Shown piece after piece: positions 50,450 through 61,166 of a stretch of DNA of 64,000 nt. Position numbers and translations under genes: made by a program. Source of the stretch: an uncultured delta proteobacterium (GTDB taxonomy: Bacteria > Myxococcota_A > Polyangia > Polyangiales > Polyangiaceae); assembly GCA_963806225.1 (NCBI GenBank), contig CAWDXG010000004.1:1152001-1216000 (forward strand). Direction: 5' to 3'. The notes beneath the pieces are model-generated. The model saw only the letters and a program-made list of their open reading frames with translations, was not told where the DNA came from and ran no database searches. Within the stretch, counting starts at the first letter, position 1. Each line of letters opens with the position of its first letter.

Positions 50450-52034
50450 ATGTGGAAGCTAACCATCGAGGACGACCAGGGTAACAAGACGGTCGTCAAC
50501 CTCGTGCGTGACGAGTACTCCGTCGGCCGCGCGGAGGACAATACCGTTCGGCTGACCGAGCGGAACATCTCGCGCCACCACGCTCGCATCGCCAAGCGCG
50601 ACTCCAGGCTGGGCAGATCGAGGATCTGTCCAGCTACAACGGCTGCTTCGTCAACGGCATGCGGGTCGGCGAGCCCGCAGCACGCTCGAACACGGCGACC
50701 TGGTGCAGCTCGGCGACTACCGGCTGGAAGTCGTCGACGAGGCGGCGGCGCCAGCAGACGCTTCCCGACGTCGGAACCGGCAACCGCCCGTCGACCGTGC
50801 CGGGAGTGCCACGCGGCCACTCGCTGCTCGGCCAGCCCGACCGCCTGGTGATGCTGGTGGGACCGGCGCCTGGCAGCGAGTATCCGCTAGCCGGGCGAGC
50901 GGGTCGTCATCGGCAGCGGCGAAGAGTGCGATATCTCGATCAACCACAGCTCGGTGAGCCGGGTGCACGCCGAGATCCGCAACATCGGCAACGGCCGCTA
51001 CGAGCTGCTCGATCGCGAGCAGCGCCAACGGGCTGCGCATCAACGGCGTGGAGCTGCGAGCGCAGCCTGATCGACGCGCGCGACACCATCGAGCTCGGCG
51101 ACGTGGTGCTCAAGTACATTCCGGCGGGGCAGATCTACCGACCGGGCGCCGACGAGAGCCAGCAGATCGGTGCGGTCGCCGCCTTCATGCCCGAGCACTT
51201 CGCCTCCGACGCCCGGCATCGAAGCGCAGCCGCCGAAGGCGGGACTGTCTACCCGGCGTCAAGGCCGTCGCGGCGCTGGGAGGTCTGGGCGCGCTGGTGA
51301 TCCTCGGCATGGTCGATCGTCGGCACGACGCGCCATGCGCCGCAGGGCGCCGCGTCCGGCGCCGAGCAGGCGCAGCAGGCGCCCGACAGCGCGGCGAGCA
51401 CGCTGGCTGCCGCCAAGGCGCTGCTGGACAAGGGCCACATCGAGGACGCCCACGCCAAGGCCCTGACGATCCCCGAAGACAGCAACGCGCGACGAGTCGG
51501 CGGACTTCCAGCGAGATCGAAGCCCGCTGGGCCGACCTGCTGCTCGATCGCGCCAACCAGGAGATCGACGCGGCGAAGAAGCGCGCGTTGCTCGATCAGG
51601 TCGCGAGCACGACCAGCGTCGACTCGGTCCGCCGCAAGCGCGCCGCCAACGAGATAGCCCTTCTCGACAAGGCTGGCGAAGGCGTCGACGTCGACCAGCT
51701 GCCGAGCGCGCCGCATCCGAACGCGACCACGAAGCCCAAGCGCCACGGAAAAGGTCGCCTCTTCCGGAGACAGCGTGGCTCGTGCGCAAGAATCCGTTCG
51801 GTGCTCCACGCCGAAGAAGACGACGTCACTCCGTAGCGACCGCGCACAGCGACCGCGCCGCATACGGCCAGCGCGACGAACCGAAAGGCGCAACGAGCGG
51901 CGACCGCAGCCAGCAGACCGCGGTGAAGAACGCGCTCAAGGCGAAGGTCGACTCGGGCAAGGGCATCGGACCAGGACAAGCGCCTGCTCAGGGCCCTGTG
52001 CCGCCAGCTCGGCGACATGTCCTGCGTGAACTAG
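50450..52034 (+). CDS. Double-FHA domain membrane protein; many frameshifts
   Basis: VGRAEDNTVRLTERNISRHHA; second FHA (INHSSVSRVHAEI); DTIELGDV; TM segment; ends LLRALCRQLGDMSCVN. Confidence 0.75.
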
Positions 52035-52039
52035 ACGAG

Positions 52040-53575
52040 ATGGTCGCGCCCGAGCGCCCCGCTGTCGAAGGCGAGGCGGAAAACCAGGTCGACGGTGCAC
52101 GGCGAGGTGGTGCGCTCGCCGAAGACGCCGCTCCTGTCGCGCCCGGCGCTGGCTGCGGTCACCGTGCTGGTGCTCGCGGCGGTCGCCCACTTCGTCCCCG
52201 GGCCTCGCAGCGGGTGCGGCTGTTCGCTCGCCCGCCGGCCGAGCGCCGGTGCGTCCTCCCGTACCCAAGCCGGTGCTGACGGTCGGCGAAGCCACGCTGC
52301 AGACCGAGACCGCGCGAGCAGCCCGGGCATGGCGCAGCCCGAGAACATCGAGCTGCCAACGGGCAACCACGGGCCGATCGCGGAGCAAGCACGCCGACCT
52401 GCCGCCCATCGACGTGAAGAAGCCGCCGGTCGCCGATCATCGATCCGAGCGGCAAGGCGCTCGACGGCTTCTACGAGGCGCTCTACCGCACGGCGCAGAA
52501 GCAGCCGCACGCCATCACGCGCGTCATCCACTTCGGCGACTCGATCGTCACCAGCGACTACGTCTCGGGCACACTGCGTCGCAAGCTCCAGAAACAGTTC
52601 GGCGACGCCGGGCACGGCTTCATGCTGATGGCGAACGCGTGGCCCGCGTACTTCCACAACGACGTGTACCGCTTCGCCTCCACGCGGCTGGCTCGTCAGC
52701 CGCATCGTGGGGCCGCTCACGCCCGATGCCCTGTACGGCATCGGCGGCGTGTCGTTCCGCGCTCCGCCCGGCGCGCGCGCCCGCTTCGGCACCGCGAAGC
52801 ACGGTCACTTCGGCCGCAAGGTCTCCCGCTTCGAGATCGACTACCTCGAGCAGCCCGGCGGCGGCAAGCTGAAGATCAACCTCGACGGCAAGCCCTGGGG
52901 CGTGATCGACACCGAACGGCCCGGAGAAGAAGACGCGTCGAAAAGACCATCGACGTTCCCGACGGCGCGCACATGCTCGAGATCGTCACCCGCGGCGGCT
53001 TCATAGTCGCGCCTTCGGCGTGGTGATGGAGCGCGACGTGCCCGGGCGTGGTGCTCGACGCCATCGGCGTGCAGGGCGCGCGCGTCCGCTTCCTCGACAA
53101 GGTCGACGACGCGCAGTGGGCCGAGCAGCTCAAGTGGCGCAGCCCGAATCTGATGATCTACGAGTTCGGCGCCAACGAGAGCGGCGACAACTTCGCCTAC
53201 CCGATGAAGGACTACCACCGGACGCTGAAGGCGGTCCTCGAGCAGGGGCGCAAAGCGGTCCCCGAGGCGGGCTGTCTGGTGCTGGCCGCGATGGACCGCG
53301 CCGAGAAGAACGGCGACCGAGCTCCGGACCATGCCCGTCATCCCCGCCCTGGTGAAGGAGCAGAAGTCGGCCTCGGCCGAGGTCGGCTGCGCGTTCTGGA
53401 ACACGTACAAGGCGATGGGCGGCTACGGCTCGATGGCGAGCCTGGGTCCAGCGCGGCCTGGGCCAGGCCGATCTCACCCACCCCACCGGCAGCGGCTCGG
53501 AAGTGCTGGGCAGCTGGATCTACCGGGCGCTGATGCAGGGCTACCAGAAGTACCTGAAGCCGGAAGCACCCCTGA
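52040..53575 (+). CDS. Membrane-anchored SGNH/GDSL hydrolase; many frameshifts, 3' end approximate
   Basis: IHFGDS, LQKQFGDAGHGF, VLDAIGVQGA, FGANE, AMGG, DLTHP. Confidence 0.75.
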
Positions 53576-53616
53576 GACGGGTCGCCGAGCGCCTCCTTCC
53601 GTCGCCCGGAGGGGTG

Positions 53617-54951
53617 CTACGGCCCGCTTCCTGGCGCCGCCGACCTGGATACCCGCTCAGCAGTCCGGTCGACCATCTCCTTGCCGATGCGCCGATAGCC
53701 CGCCGGCATCAGGTGGATGTGATCGAGCGCGCCGAGCTGCGGCGACTCGTGCTCCCAGCGGCGATGGCTGCCCTGACCGCCCATCGCGTCGTACACGCTG
53801 AAGTAGCGCAGCCGTGCGCCGAGGCGATCTGCCGCTCGAGCTGATCCATGCTGGAGCACGCGCGGGCGCGTGCGGCCGTTGTCCTCGTCCCAGTCGGTAG
53901 GTCCGGCCATCAGGCAGTCCGCGTCCGGCTGCCGCCGCCTGCACACGCGCGAGCAGGCGGTCGAAGTACTGCCGGTTCTTCGCGATGGCGAGCGGATTGG
54001 CGACTTCGTTCGTGCCATAGGCAAGCACCACCAGCGCGGGCTTCCGCGCGTCGACTTCGGCTACCCACGCCGCCTTTTCCCAGGCCAGCGCGTGCGGCCG
54101 CGCGGGCACCGTTGATGCCGAGCGTGTCGACGACCACGCCAGGTTTCGAGCCTTCGATGGTGACGCCGAACAGCTGCGGCTCGCCTGATGCGGCGCCTCA
54201 GCTCGAGCTTGCCCGTCGGCGGGGCTGTCGAGCTCGAGCCGCCGGAGCGGCGAGCCCGCCGGGACAAGGCTGTGCCGCTGTCGGCTCCCACGCGGACCGG
54301 CTGCGAACCGGTCACGCGCACCGTGAAGTGCGCGTCGGGATGCGGCAGGCGGAAGAAGAGCGTCCAGTGCGCGCGCGCCGGCCACTGCTCCGGGTTCGAG
54401 CTCGACGCTCGCGCGCGCGTCGCCCGAAACCGGCTCCGTGCGGATACCGCCCAGGCCGAACACGCCGTCCGAATGCTGGATGCGAGGTCGCCGGATTCGG
54501 CGGCTCGTGGTGCCAGTCGCCCTTGGCGCTCGACCTTCACGCCGGCGTGCCGATAGGGATCCATGCCCAGCAGCACGAAGCCCGGGCCCGCCGCTGCCGA
54601 AACGCTTCTGCAGCGGACGGCGGACGGCGTTCGTCCAGAAGTCGGCGTAGGAATGCGAGTCGCCGAGCCACAGCATCGCGCACGGGCGCCTGCGTCGCTG
54701 CCGCTTCGCAGCTGCTGGAGCGCCGCATCCAGGTGCGGAAGCGGAAGCCCGGCGGCGACGCGGGCCCGGACGACGCCGATGCCGGCGGGGCGCTCGCCGA
54801 TGGCGCGCTGCGGCGGAGTGCCGCCGGCCGCTGTGCGCTCGGGCGCTTCGGCGTGCAGGCTTCCGTTGCCCGAGCAGGTCACCGCCACCACGGCGCTTGC
54901 AGCGGCGAGCAGCAACACAGCGGCGCGCTCGATGTCAGGAGAGCGGATCAA
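53617..54951 (-). CDS. Lipoprotein SGNH/GDSL hydrolase; many frameshifts
   Basis: TTG start after GGAGG; lipobox VAVTC; WLGDSH, LQKRFGSGGPG, VDTLGINGAR, AYGTNE, AMGG, DHIHL. Confidence 0.75.
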
Positions 54952-56066
54952 GAACCTCCGCCTCCTCTGCTTCGTCCCGCGCGCGACGCTGCTCCACCCG
55001 GCGCTTGACGTAGGCGACCATCTCCTCGACGTAGGACTCGAACGGCGGGCACGACAGGCCGCTGCCTCTGCAGGATTTCCTCGGTATTGCGCGTGTCGTA
55101 CCGGACCGGGGTGGCGATCAGATCGAGGAACGCCCGCGGGCTTCGCGAGAGCAGGCTCACGCCCGGCGCGCTGCAGCAGCGCCTTGGTCACGTTGGTCGG
55201 GATGAATCCGCTCGGGAGCTTCTTTCCGCCGCTCCGCGCCACCAGCTCGAACACGCGGCGCACCGAGAGCGGCCTCGGGATCGGCCAGGTGGAAGGTGCG
55301 CCCCATGGCATCCGGCTGCATCCCGATGCGGTGTGCGGCACGCACGACGTAGTCGATCGGAACCAGGTGCATCGGCGCGTCGCCGCGCGTGGGCAGGAGC
55401 ACGGGGAACTCCTGCGGCGAGCTCACGATCAACAGGATCAGCAGGTAGGGCCCGTCGAGGCGGTCGACCTCGCCGGTGCGCGAATCGCCGACCATCTGCG
55501 TCGGGCGGACGACCGCGATCGGCAGCTCGCCCATCGCCGACCTGAGCAGCCGCTCGGCGCGCGCGAGCGTCTCCTCCACCGGCGTGCGGAAGACCTGGCC
55601 AGCGCTCAGTTCTTCTTCCAGCACGAGCCCAGTGCGGTTACCGCTGACCAGGGCGCTGGAGTGGACGACGATCGTCCTTGAGATCCCGGCAGGCACGCCC
55701 GAGCTCGATGATCTCGCGCGTCGCGCCGATGTTCACGCTTTCGGCCATGGCGCGATCGACGCCCGGGTAGGTGACCTGCGCGACGTGGTGGATGTGATCG
55801 ACGAGCGACGCCAGCTCGCGATACTCCTGCCCACTGAGGCCGAGATCCATCGACGCCGCGTCGCCCTCGATCGCCACGATGCGCTCGCGCTGCTCGCGCG
55901 GCAGATGATCCAGCGCTTCCTCGGCCTCGCGGGCGAACTTGGAGCGGACGACCACGTAGACCAGGGAACGCGGCTCGGCCTCGAGCAGATGCTCGACCAT
56001 CTTCCGGCCACGGAAGGTCGGAAAGCCCGTGACCAGGAACACCCGCTCGTAGCCGCGCCGGCTCAT
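54948..56066 (-). CDS. Extended SDR / NAD-dependent epimerase-reductase (thioester-reductase-like); frameshifts
   Basis: FLVTGFP, IEGDA...DLGLS, VRP..VGDSRTGE....DGPY, LVPIDYV, TFHLADP. Confidence 0.8.
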
Positions 56067-56126
56067 CGCTCTACCCTAGCGCCCCTCGGGCGGATCCGCC
56101 GGCCCGGAGCGCCGAGCGCTTGTCCA

Positions 56127-57753
56127 CTAGCCGCCGCAATAGTGCTTTCCCACGCCCGCCAACCACTTGCCTATGTCTGCGCCGGCCTGGAAGTCGCAGA
56201 AGCCGGCGGGCCCGGAGATGGCCGCTTGCGCGCAGTAGTAGCCGTCCACCCACGACGTGCATTGGCCACCCGAACCGAAAACGTCGCTCGAACATTGGCT
56301 CTTCTGGCTCGAGGGACAGCTCTGGCAGCTCGAGTTGGAGCAATCCGACCGCGCAGGTCAGGTTGTGGTTGCAGCTCTGCGTCAGGTACGGCGTCAGGCA
56401 GCGCGTGTACGCATCGTTGCCGGTGAACTGCAGCAGGCAGTCGTAGCAGGAAGGCTTGGTAACGAGCAGCTTCTGGAAGAACGGCGCGCAGCTCGAAGCC
56501 ACCGGATTGCCCTGACACGCCTTCGCCAGTGCGCCCAGATCGCTGCTGCTGCAACTCTTCGAGGTCTTGGGCGGCGGCGTCAGCGACGTCGGACTGCAGC
56601 CGGGGTACGCCGCCGGACACTTCGATCCGCTGCTGCACACCTGGTTCTGGCAGGTTTGCCCCTTGGCGGAGCAGTTGTCGCACAGCGCACCGTACTCGCC
56701 GCAGCGCAGCGAGGAACTGCCCGCCCGGCACGCACCGGTCGCGGTGCAGCAGCCGGCACAATTGTCGGGCCCGCAGTGCTGCCCCGAATAGCAGAAGCCC
56801 TGCGCCGCACAGCTTTGACCGGCCTGGGTGCAGTCGGTGCATTTCTGGCCCTGGTCGCCGCAAGCGGAGTTCATGTTCCCGCTCTGGCAGTTGCCCTGCG
56901 CGTCGCAGCATCCGCTTGGGCACGTCGACGACCCGCAGCTCGGCACGAAGGCGCAGTAGCTGCCCGGCTGCGTGCAGGTACGACCCTGCGACGAACAGTT
57001 CGCGCAGGCCTGACCCGTATCGCCACATGCCGTGTCGCTGTTGCCGGTCCGGCACACGCCCTTCGCGTCGCAGCATCCGCCGCAGTTCGACGGTCCGCAC
57101 TTCGGCGGCGGCGAGCCCTGGCACTTGCCGGACACGCAACCCTGGCCGCTCGGCGTGCAGTTCGAACAGGCGATGCCACCGAGCCCGCAGGCGTCGGATT
57201 CAGTACCGAAGCGGCAGAGGCCGCTCGCGTCACAACAGCCCTTGCAGTTGGCCGGACCGCACTTCGGCGGTGGCCCCTCGCACGCGCCGCTCACGCAGTT
57301 GAAGCCGAGCGCGCCGCAATCGACGCATTCCACACCGGCGAGCCCGCAGGCGTTGATCTCGCTGCCGCCGCGGCAGTTGCCTGCGGCGTCACAACATCCC
57401 TTGCAGTTCTGGGGGCTGCAGCCCGGCCCGCCGCCGGCACCACCGAATCCCGAGCTGCCGCCGAAGCCCGAGCTGCCGCCGAAGCCCGAGCTGCCGCCGA
57501 ACCCCGAGCTGCCGCCGAACCCCGAGCTGCCGCCGAACCCCGAGCTGCCGCCGAACCCCGAGCTGCCGCCGGATCCCGAGCTGCCGCCGAAGCCCGAGCT
57601 GCCGCCTGCGCCGCCGCCGTCGGGCGGCGCCAGCACGGGGTTTTCCAGACTCGAGCGGCCCAGGCACCCTGGCAGCCCCAGCGCTGTCAGCGCAGCCGCT
57701 GCAATGCCGAGTCCGAGGATGCGGGGAACGAGCGAAAAGCGTGGGTTGTGCAT
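56127..57753 (-). CDS. Cys-rich repeat lipoprotein; frameshift near 56350
   Basis: Lipobox LPGC; five C.P.NC.GCCDA.G.C..G....ACG..G..C..C repeats; C-terminal Cys domain ending HYCGG-stop. Confidence 0.8.
57449..57606. repeat. Coding 18-bp tandem repeat, about 8.5 copies (GGSSGF)
   Basis: cccgagctgccgccgaa(c/g) units. Confidence 0.9.
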
Positions 57754-57766
57754 GGGGATCCCTCCT

Positions 57767-59515
57767 TCATCTCCGCATCATCGTGAGACGGACCACGGCC
57801 TGGATCGCGGCCTGGGACACATCGGCCTTGAGCCATCCCCGTCCCTGGGAGCGACCGAACCCGAGCAGCACCGGCGCCGTCGCCCCCTGTGCCGGCCTAC
57901 CGGTAGAGAGCACCTTCGGGTCCATGTACACCGCGAACGCTGCGTCGTGACCCAGCCGCTTCACGGCCGCCGCGACGCCGGCTTCGCCGCCGAGGCTGGA
58001 GCCGGCGTCGCCCGCGGCATGAACGAGCGCGAGCAGACCCGGCCCGGGCTCGTGCGCAGCCGCGCCCAGGACGACCCCATGCTGCACCGTCCACAGGAAG
58101 TCGATGGGCTTCGACCCGAGCTGGAGCCCGGGGGCGTGCTGCTTGCTCTTCGGGGGCGCGACCGTGACCTTCGCCCGCTGGACGCTGCCGTCGATGCCTT
58201 TCACGTGGGCCTTCGACAACACCACGGTCGTCTTTCCGAGGAACTGCTGGACAGGTCGCGCGATGGCCGGCATGCGCAGGAGCTGGAACAAACCGCGCGC
58301 TCCGCTCTGGAACGCGTCGGCGTCGGCCACCGAGCTGCGCAGGAGGACACTCGCCTGCTCGCCGACAGCAACCCCGACCGCGGCGTTGTCCCCGCGCCCC
58401 TTTGCGAGGTCCGACAGCGTCTGCTCCAGCTTCTTCCTGTCGGCGCCGGTCAGTCGCTTGCCGAGCAGCTTCTCGAGCGCCGTCGTCGTCGAGTCAGCCC
58501 AGGCCTGACGGGACTTGTCGTCCGTATGCGAAGCTAGCGCGAGCGCGGTGCTGCCGGGCAGCCCGGTGAGCGCGTCGAGCGACCCCACTGTCATCCCCGC
58601 GACCAGATCGGCTGCAGCCCCCGTTTTTCCAGGCGTGAGCTCCGCCCGGGCAGCGAGACGCGTCTCCATCGGGTCGATCACGACGACGAGCCGCTCCGAG
58701 CTCTCCAGCACGTCCACCGCACCGCCGACCGCCGAGCTGGCGCCCATCAACGCCGCCGCGGGATCCGCGAAATCCGCTGGGTGCCCCTGCTTTTGCTGGG
58801 CCTCCCGGCGGCTCTGTTCAAGCTGTTTCTTGTAGGCCTTCCAGCCTCCCGAGAGGCGCGACGCGACGGGCCCGGCCAGCGCCTTGTGATCGACTACCGC
58901 GACAATGGGGCCGTGCGGCGGCTTCCTCGTGGGTAGCGTGCGGGCCACGAACGGGCCCGCCGCCTTGACCACCCGGGGTGCCTTGGCAGCCAACAGGTAG
59001 TGACCGACGACGCCGAGCGCAACGTCGCTCGAGGCTTTGCCCTCGACTGGCTCGAGCAGCGTGACGCCTGACTTCTCGTCGTGGCTAGCGTGGAAGCGCG
59101 CTTTCGAGCCCGTCGTGAGCGAGGCGATGATTTCCTTGCCGTTGCGCACGTGCAGGCCGACGACCACGCGCGGTGAGCCGTGTTCGTCGAGGACCATCGC
59201 GCCCCGCACGGGCAGATCATCGATCAGACCTGCGGCGTCGGGCGGCAGGCCGAGCAGCGTGGCGGCAAGCATCTGGAAGCCTGCCGGCAGAAGCCGCGCC
59301 GGACCGCCCACCAGCTTGCGCAGGCTGCTCCACGTGGCACCGGGCCTTTCCACATACAGCTCGGCCAAGAGGCCCGCGGGTGCGGGAACCGGGGTGAGCT
59401 CGGCGGCCTTTGCCGACGCCGAAGGCGTGGGCCCGCCCGGGCTCCCGCAGGACGAGCAGGCGCCCAGCAGTGCTGGCAGGAGGAAAAGCAGCGCCCAGGC
59501 GATCGGGCGCCCCAC
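57767..59515 (-). CDS. Hypothetical lipoprotein
   Basis: GTG right after the ssb stop; lipobox LLGAC followed by SSC. Confidence 0.7.
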   Translation of the reverse strand: MGRPIAWALLFLLPALLGACSSCGSPGGPTPSASAKAAELTPVPAPAGLLAELYVERPGATWSSLRKLVGGPARLLPAGFQMLAATLLGLPPDAAGLIDDLPVRGAMVLDEHGSPRVVVGLHVRNGKEIIASLTTGSKARFHASHDEKSGVTLLEPVEGKASSDVALGVVGHYLLAAKAPRVVKAAGPFVARTLPTRKPPHGPIVAVVDHKALAGPVASRLSGGWKAYKKQLEQSRREAQQKQGHPADFADPAAALMGASSAVGGAVDVLESSERLVVVIDPMETRLAARAELTPGKTGAAADLVAGMTVGSLDALTGLPGSTALALASHTDDKSRQAWADSTTTALEKLLGKRLTGADRKKLEQTLSDLAKGRGDNAAVGVAVGEQASVLLRSSVADADAFQSGARGLFQLLRMPAIARPVQQFLGKTTVVLSKAHVKGIDGSVQRAKVTVAPPKSKQHAPGLQLGSKPIDFLWTVQHGVVLGAAAHEPGPGLLALVHAAGDAGSSLGGEAGVAAAVKRLGHDAAFAVYMDPKVLSTGRPAQGATAPVLLGFGRSQGRGWLKADVSQAAIQAVVRLTMMRR

Positions 59516-59516
59516 C

Positions 59517-59999
59517 TCAGAACGGAATGTCGTCGTCGTCGCCGCCGCCATAGTCCGCGTCATCATAGCCGCCGCCAGGGGGCGCCCCGCTCTCGTGCCC
59601 GCCTGCGTCACCGCCGCCGCGACCGCCGCCGCCACCGCCGCCGCCACCGCCACCGCCACCGCCACCGCGCGAGCCGGCGAGGATGATGTTGTTGGCGACG
59701 ATCTCGGTCCGGTACTTCTTGTTGCCCTCGCGATCCTCGTAGCTCGAGGTCCTGAGGCCTCCCTCGACGAACAGGCGCGAACCTTTCGTGAGGAACTTGG
59801 AAAGGGCTTCCGCTCGCCTGCCCCAGACCACCACGTTGTGCCACTCGGTACGTTCCTGACGCACCTTGTTGCGATCAAGATAGGTCTCGGACGTTGCGAG
59901 TCGCATCTTCAGAACCGCCTGGCCCCCGCTCGTCATCCGGAGCTCCGGATCGGCTCCGAGATTTCCGAGCAGCATCACGCGGTTCAGTCCTTCTGCCAT
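59517..59999 (-). CDS. ssb: Single-stranded DNA-binding protein
   Basis: [38 protein letters not shown], Gly linker, DDDDIPF tail. Confidence 0.97.
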   Translation of the reverse strand: MAEGLNRVMLLGNLGADPELRMTSGGQAVLKMRLATSETYLDRNKVRQERTEWHNVVVWGRRAEALSKFLTKGSRLFVEGGLRTSSYEDREGNKKYRTEIVANNIILAGSRGGGGGGGGGGGGGGGRGGGDAGGHESGAPPGGGYDDADYGGGDDDDIPF

Positions 60000-60114
60000 G
60001 GGCGGAGCTCCTTCGATGGGGTTCGGTCGGGTGTGGTCGTTCAGGCCGCGGGCGTCAAGGCGGCTCCGGCCCAGGTCGGTCACGACGCGGGCCGGTTGTG
60101 CGATAGCCGGAGAC

Positions 60115-60522
60115 TCAGGCGCTCGCGCCGGGCCCCGGTTCGGGATCCTCGCCGGCATCGAGCTCGGCGAGCAGCGTCTGGACGTCGCCTCTGACCTCGA
60201 GCAGCGCCGAGCGGAGCCGGCGGGCTCGCTGCTGGGCCGGATCGTCGGCGGGAACGGGCTCGACGCCACGCACGCGGAGGCGCTTGCGGGCCCCGGCGAT
60301 CGTGAACCCCTCGGTGTAGAGGAGCTCCTTGACCCTCAGCAGCCGCTCCACGTCCCGCCGCGAGTAGATGCGCTGGCCTTTGCGGGACTTCTGGGGCCGG
60401 ATCGAACGGAACTCGGTCTCCCAGTAGCGAAGCACATGGGGCTCGACACCGACGATCTCGGCGACCTCGCCGATGCGGTAATAGAGCTTGACGGGCAGCT
60501 CGCCGGCGCGGCGCTCGACCAA
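60115..60522 (-). CDS. MerR-family HTH regulator (ihfA-associated)
   Basis: [30 protein letters not shown]. Confidence 0.9.
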   Translation of the reverse strand: MVERRAGELPVKLYYRIGEVAEIVGVEPHVLRYWETEFRSIRPQKSRKGQRIYSRRDVERLLRVKELLYTEGFTIAGARKRLRVRGVEPVPADDPAQQRARRLRSALLEVRGDVQTLLAELDAGEDPEPGPGASA

Positions 60523-60528
60523 GGCGGG

Positions 60529-60942
60529 CTACTCCTTCGCCGTCGAGCCGGGGCTCTGGGCGACGGACAGGCTGCTGCCCACCGGCCGCGCGGGGACATT
60601 TGCCGTATCGGTGGAGGACACCTGCGTGGTGGCCTGCTGGCCCCGGCCGTCGGTCGGCTCGTGCTGGTCATTCAAGGCCTGTTTCAACAGCTGGCTGGCC
60701 TTGAAGTTGAGCACGCGGCGTTCGGTGATGGTGATCGGCTCCCCGGTCTGCGGATTGCGTCCCTGGCGCTGCCGCTTGTCCCGGAGAACGAAATTGCCGA
60801 ACCCCGAGATCTTGATCTTCTCGCCGCGCCCGAGCGTCTCCTTCATGGTCTCGAACACAAGATCCACGAGGTCGGCGGACTCCTTCTTCGAGAAGCCTCC
60901 CAGCTTCGTGTACACCGCGTGGACGATGTCGGCCTTGGTCAT
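60529..60942 (-). CDS. ihfA: Integration host factor subunit alpha
   Basis: MTKADIV, KISGFGNF..RDKRQRQGRNPQTGE, RRVL.FKAS..LK; followed by MerR. Confidence 0.93.
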   Translation of the reverse strand: MTKADIVHAVYTKLGGFSKKESADLVDLVFETMKETLGRGEKIKISGFGNFVLRDKRQRQGRNPQTGEPITITERRVLNFKASQLLKQALNDQHEPTDGRGQQATTQVSSTDTANVPARPVGSSLSVAQSPGSTAKE

Positions 60943-61166
60943 CGGGACCCCCGTCGAGCAGCGGCGCACGGCCGTGCTTGCACAATTGGAGGGCACCCCC
61001 GACAACCAGCCGCAAGGGCGCCCGAAGGTAGGGTCATACTACCCACGCAGCCGAAAAAGTCCATAAGGAACGGGAAGCTCCGCGTCTCGAGCGGTAACGG
61101 AGCAACGCGGGGCGGGCTGGTTTGCCTTTTCAGGCCGGCCAACCCACCGGGCATTCTGTGCCTGGG

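Noticed and set aside
60029..60058. GTTCAGG in the ssb upstream region as a myxobacterial LexA box
   Set aside because: Only one half-site matches, which is not enough support
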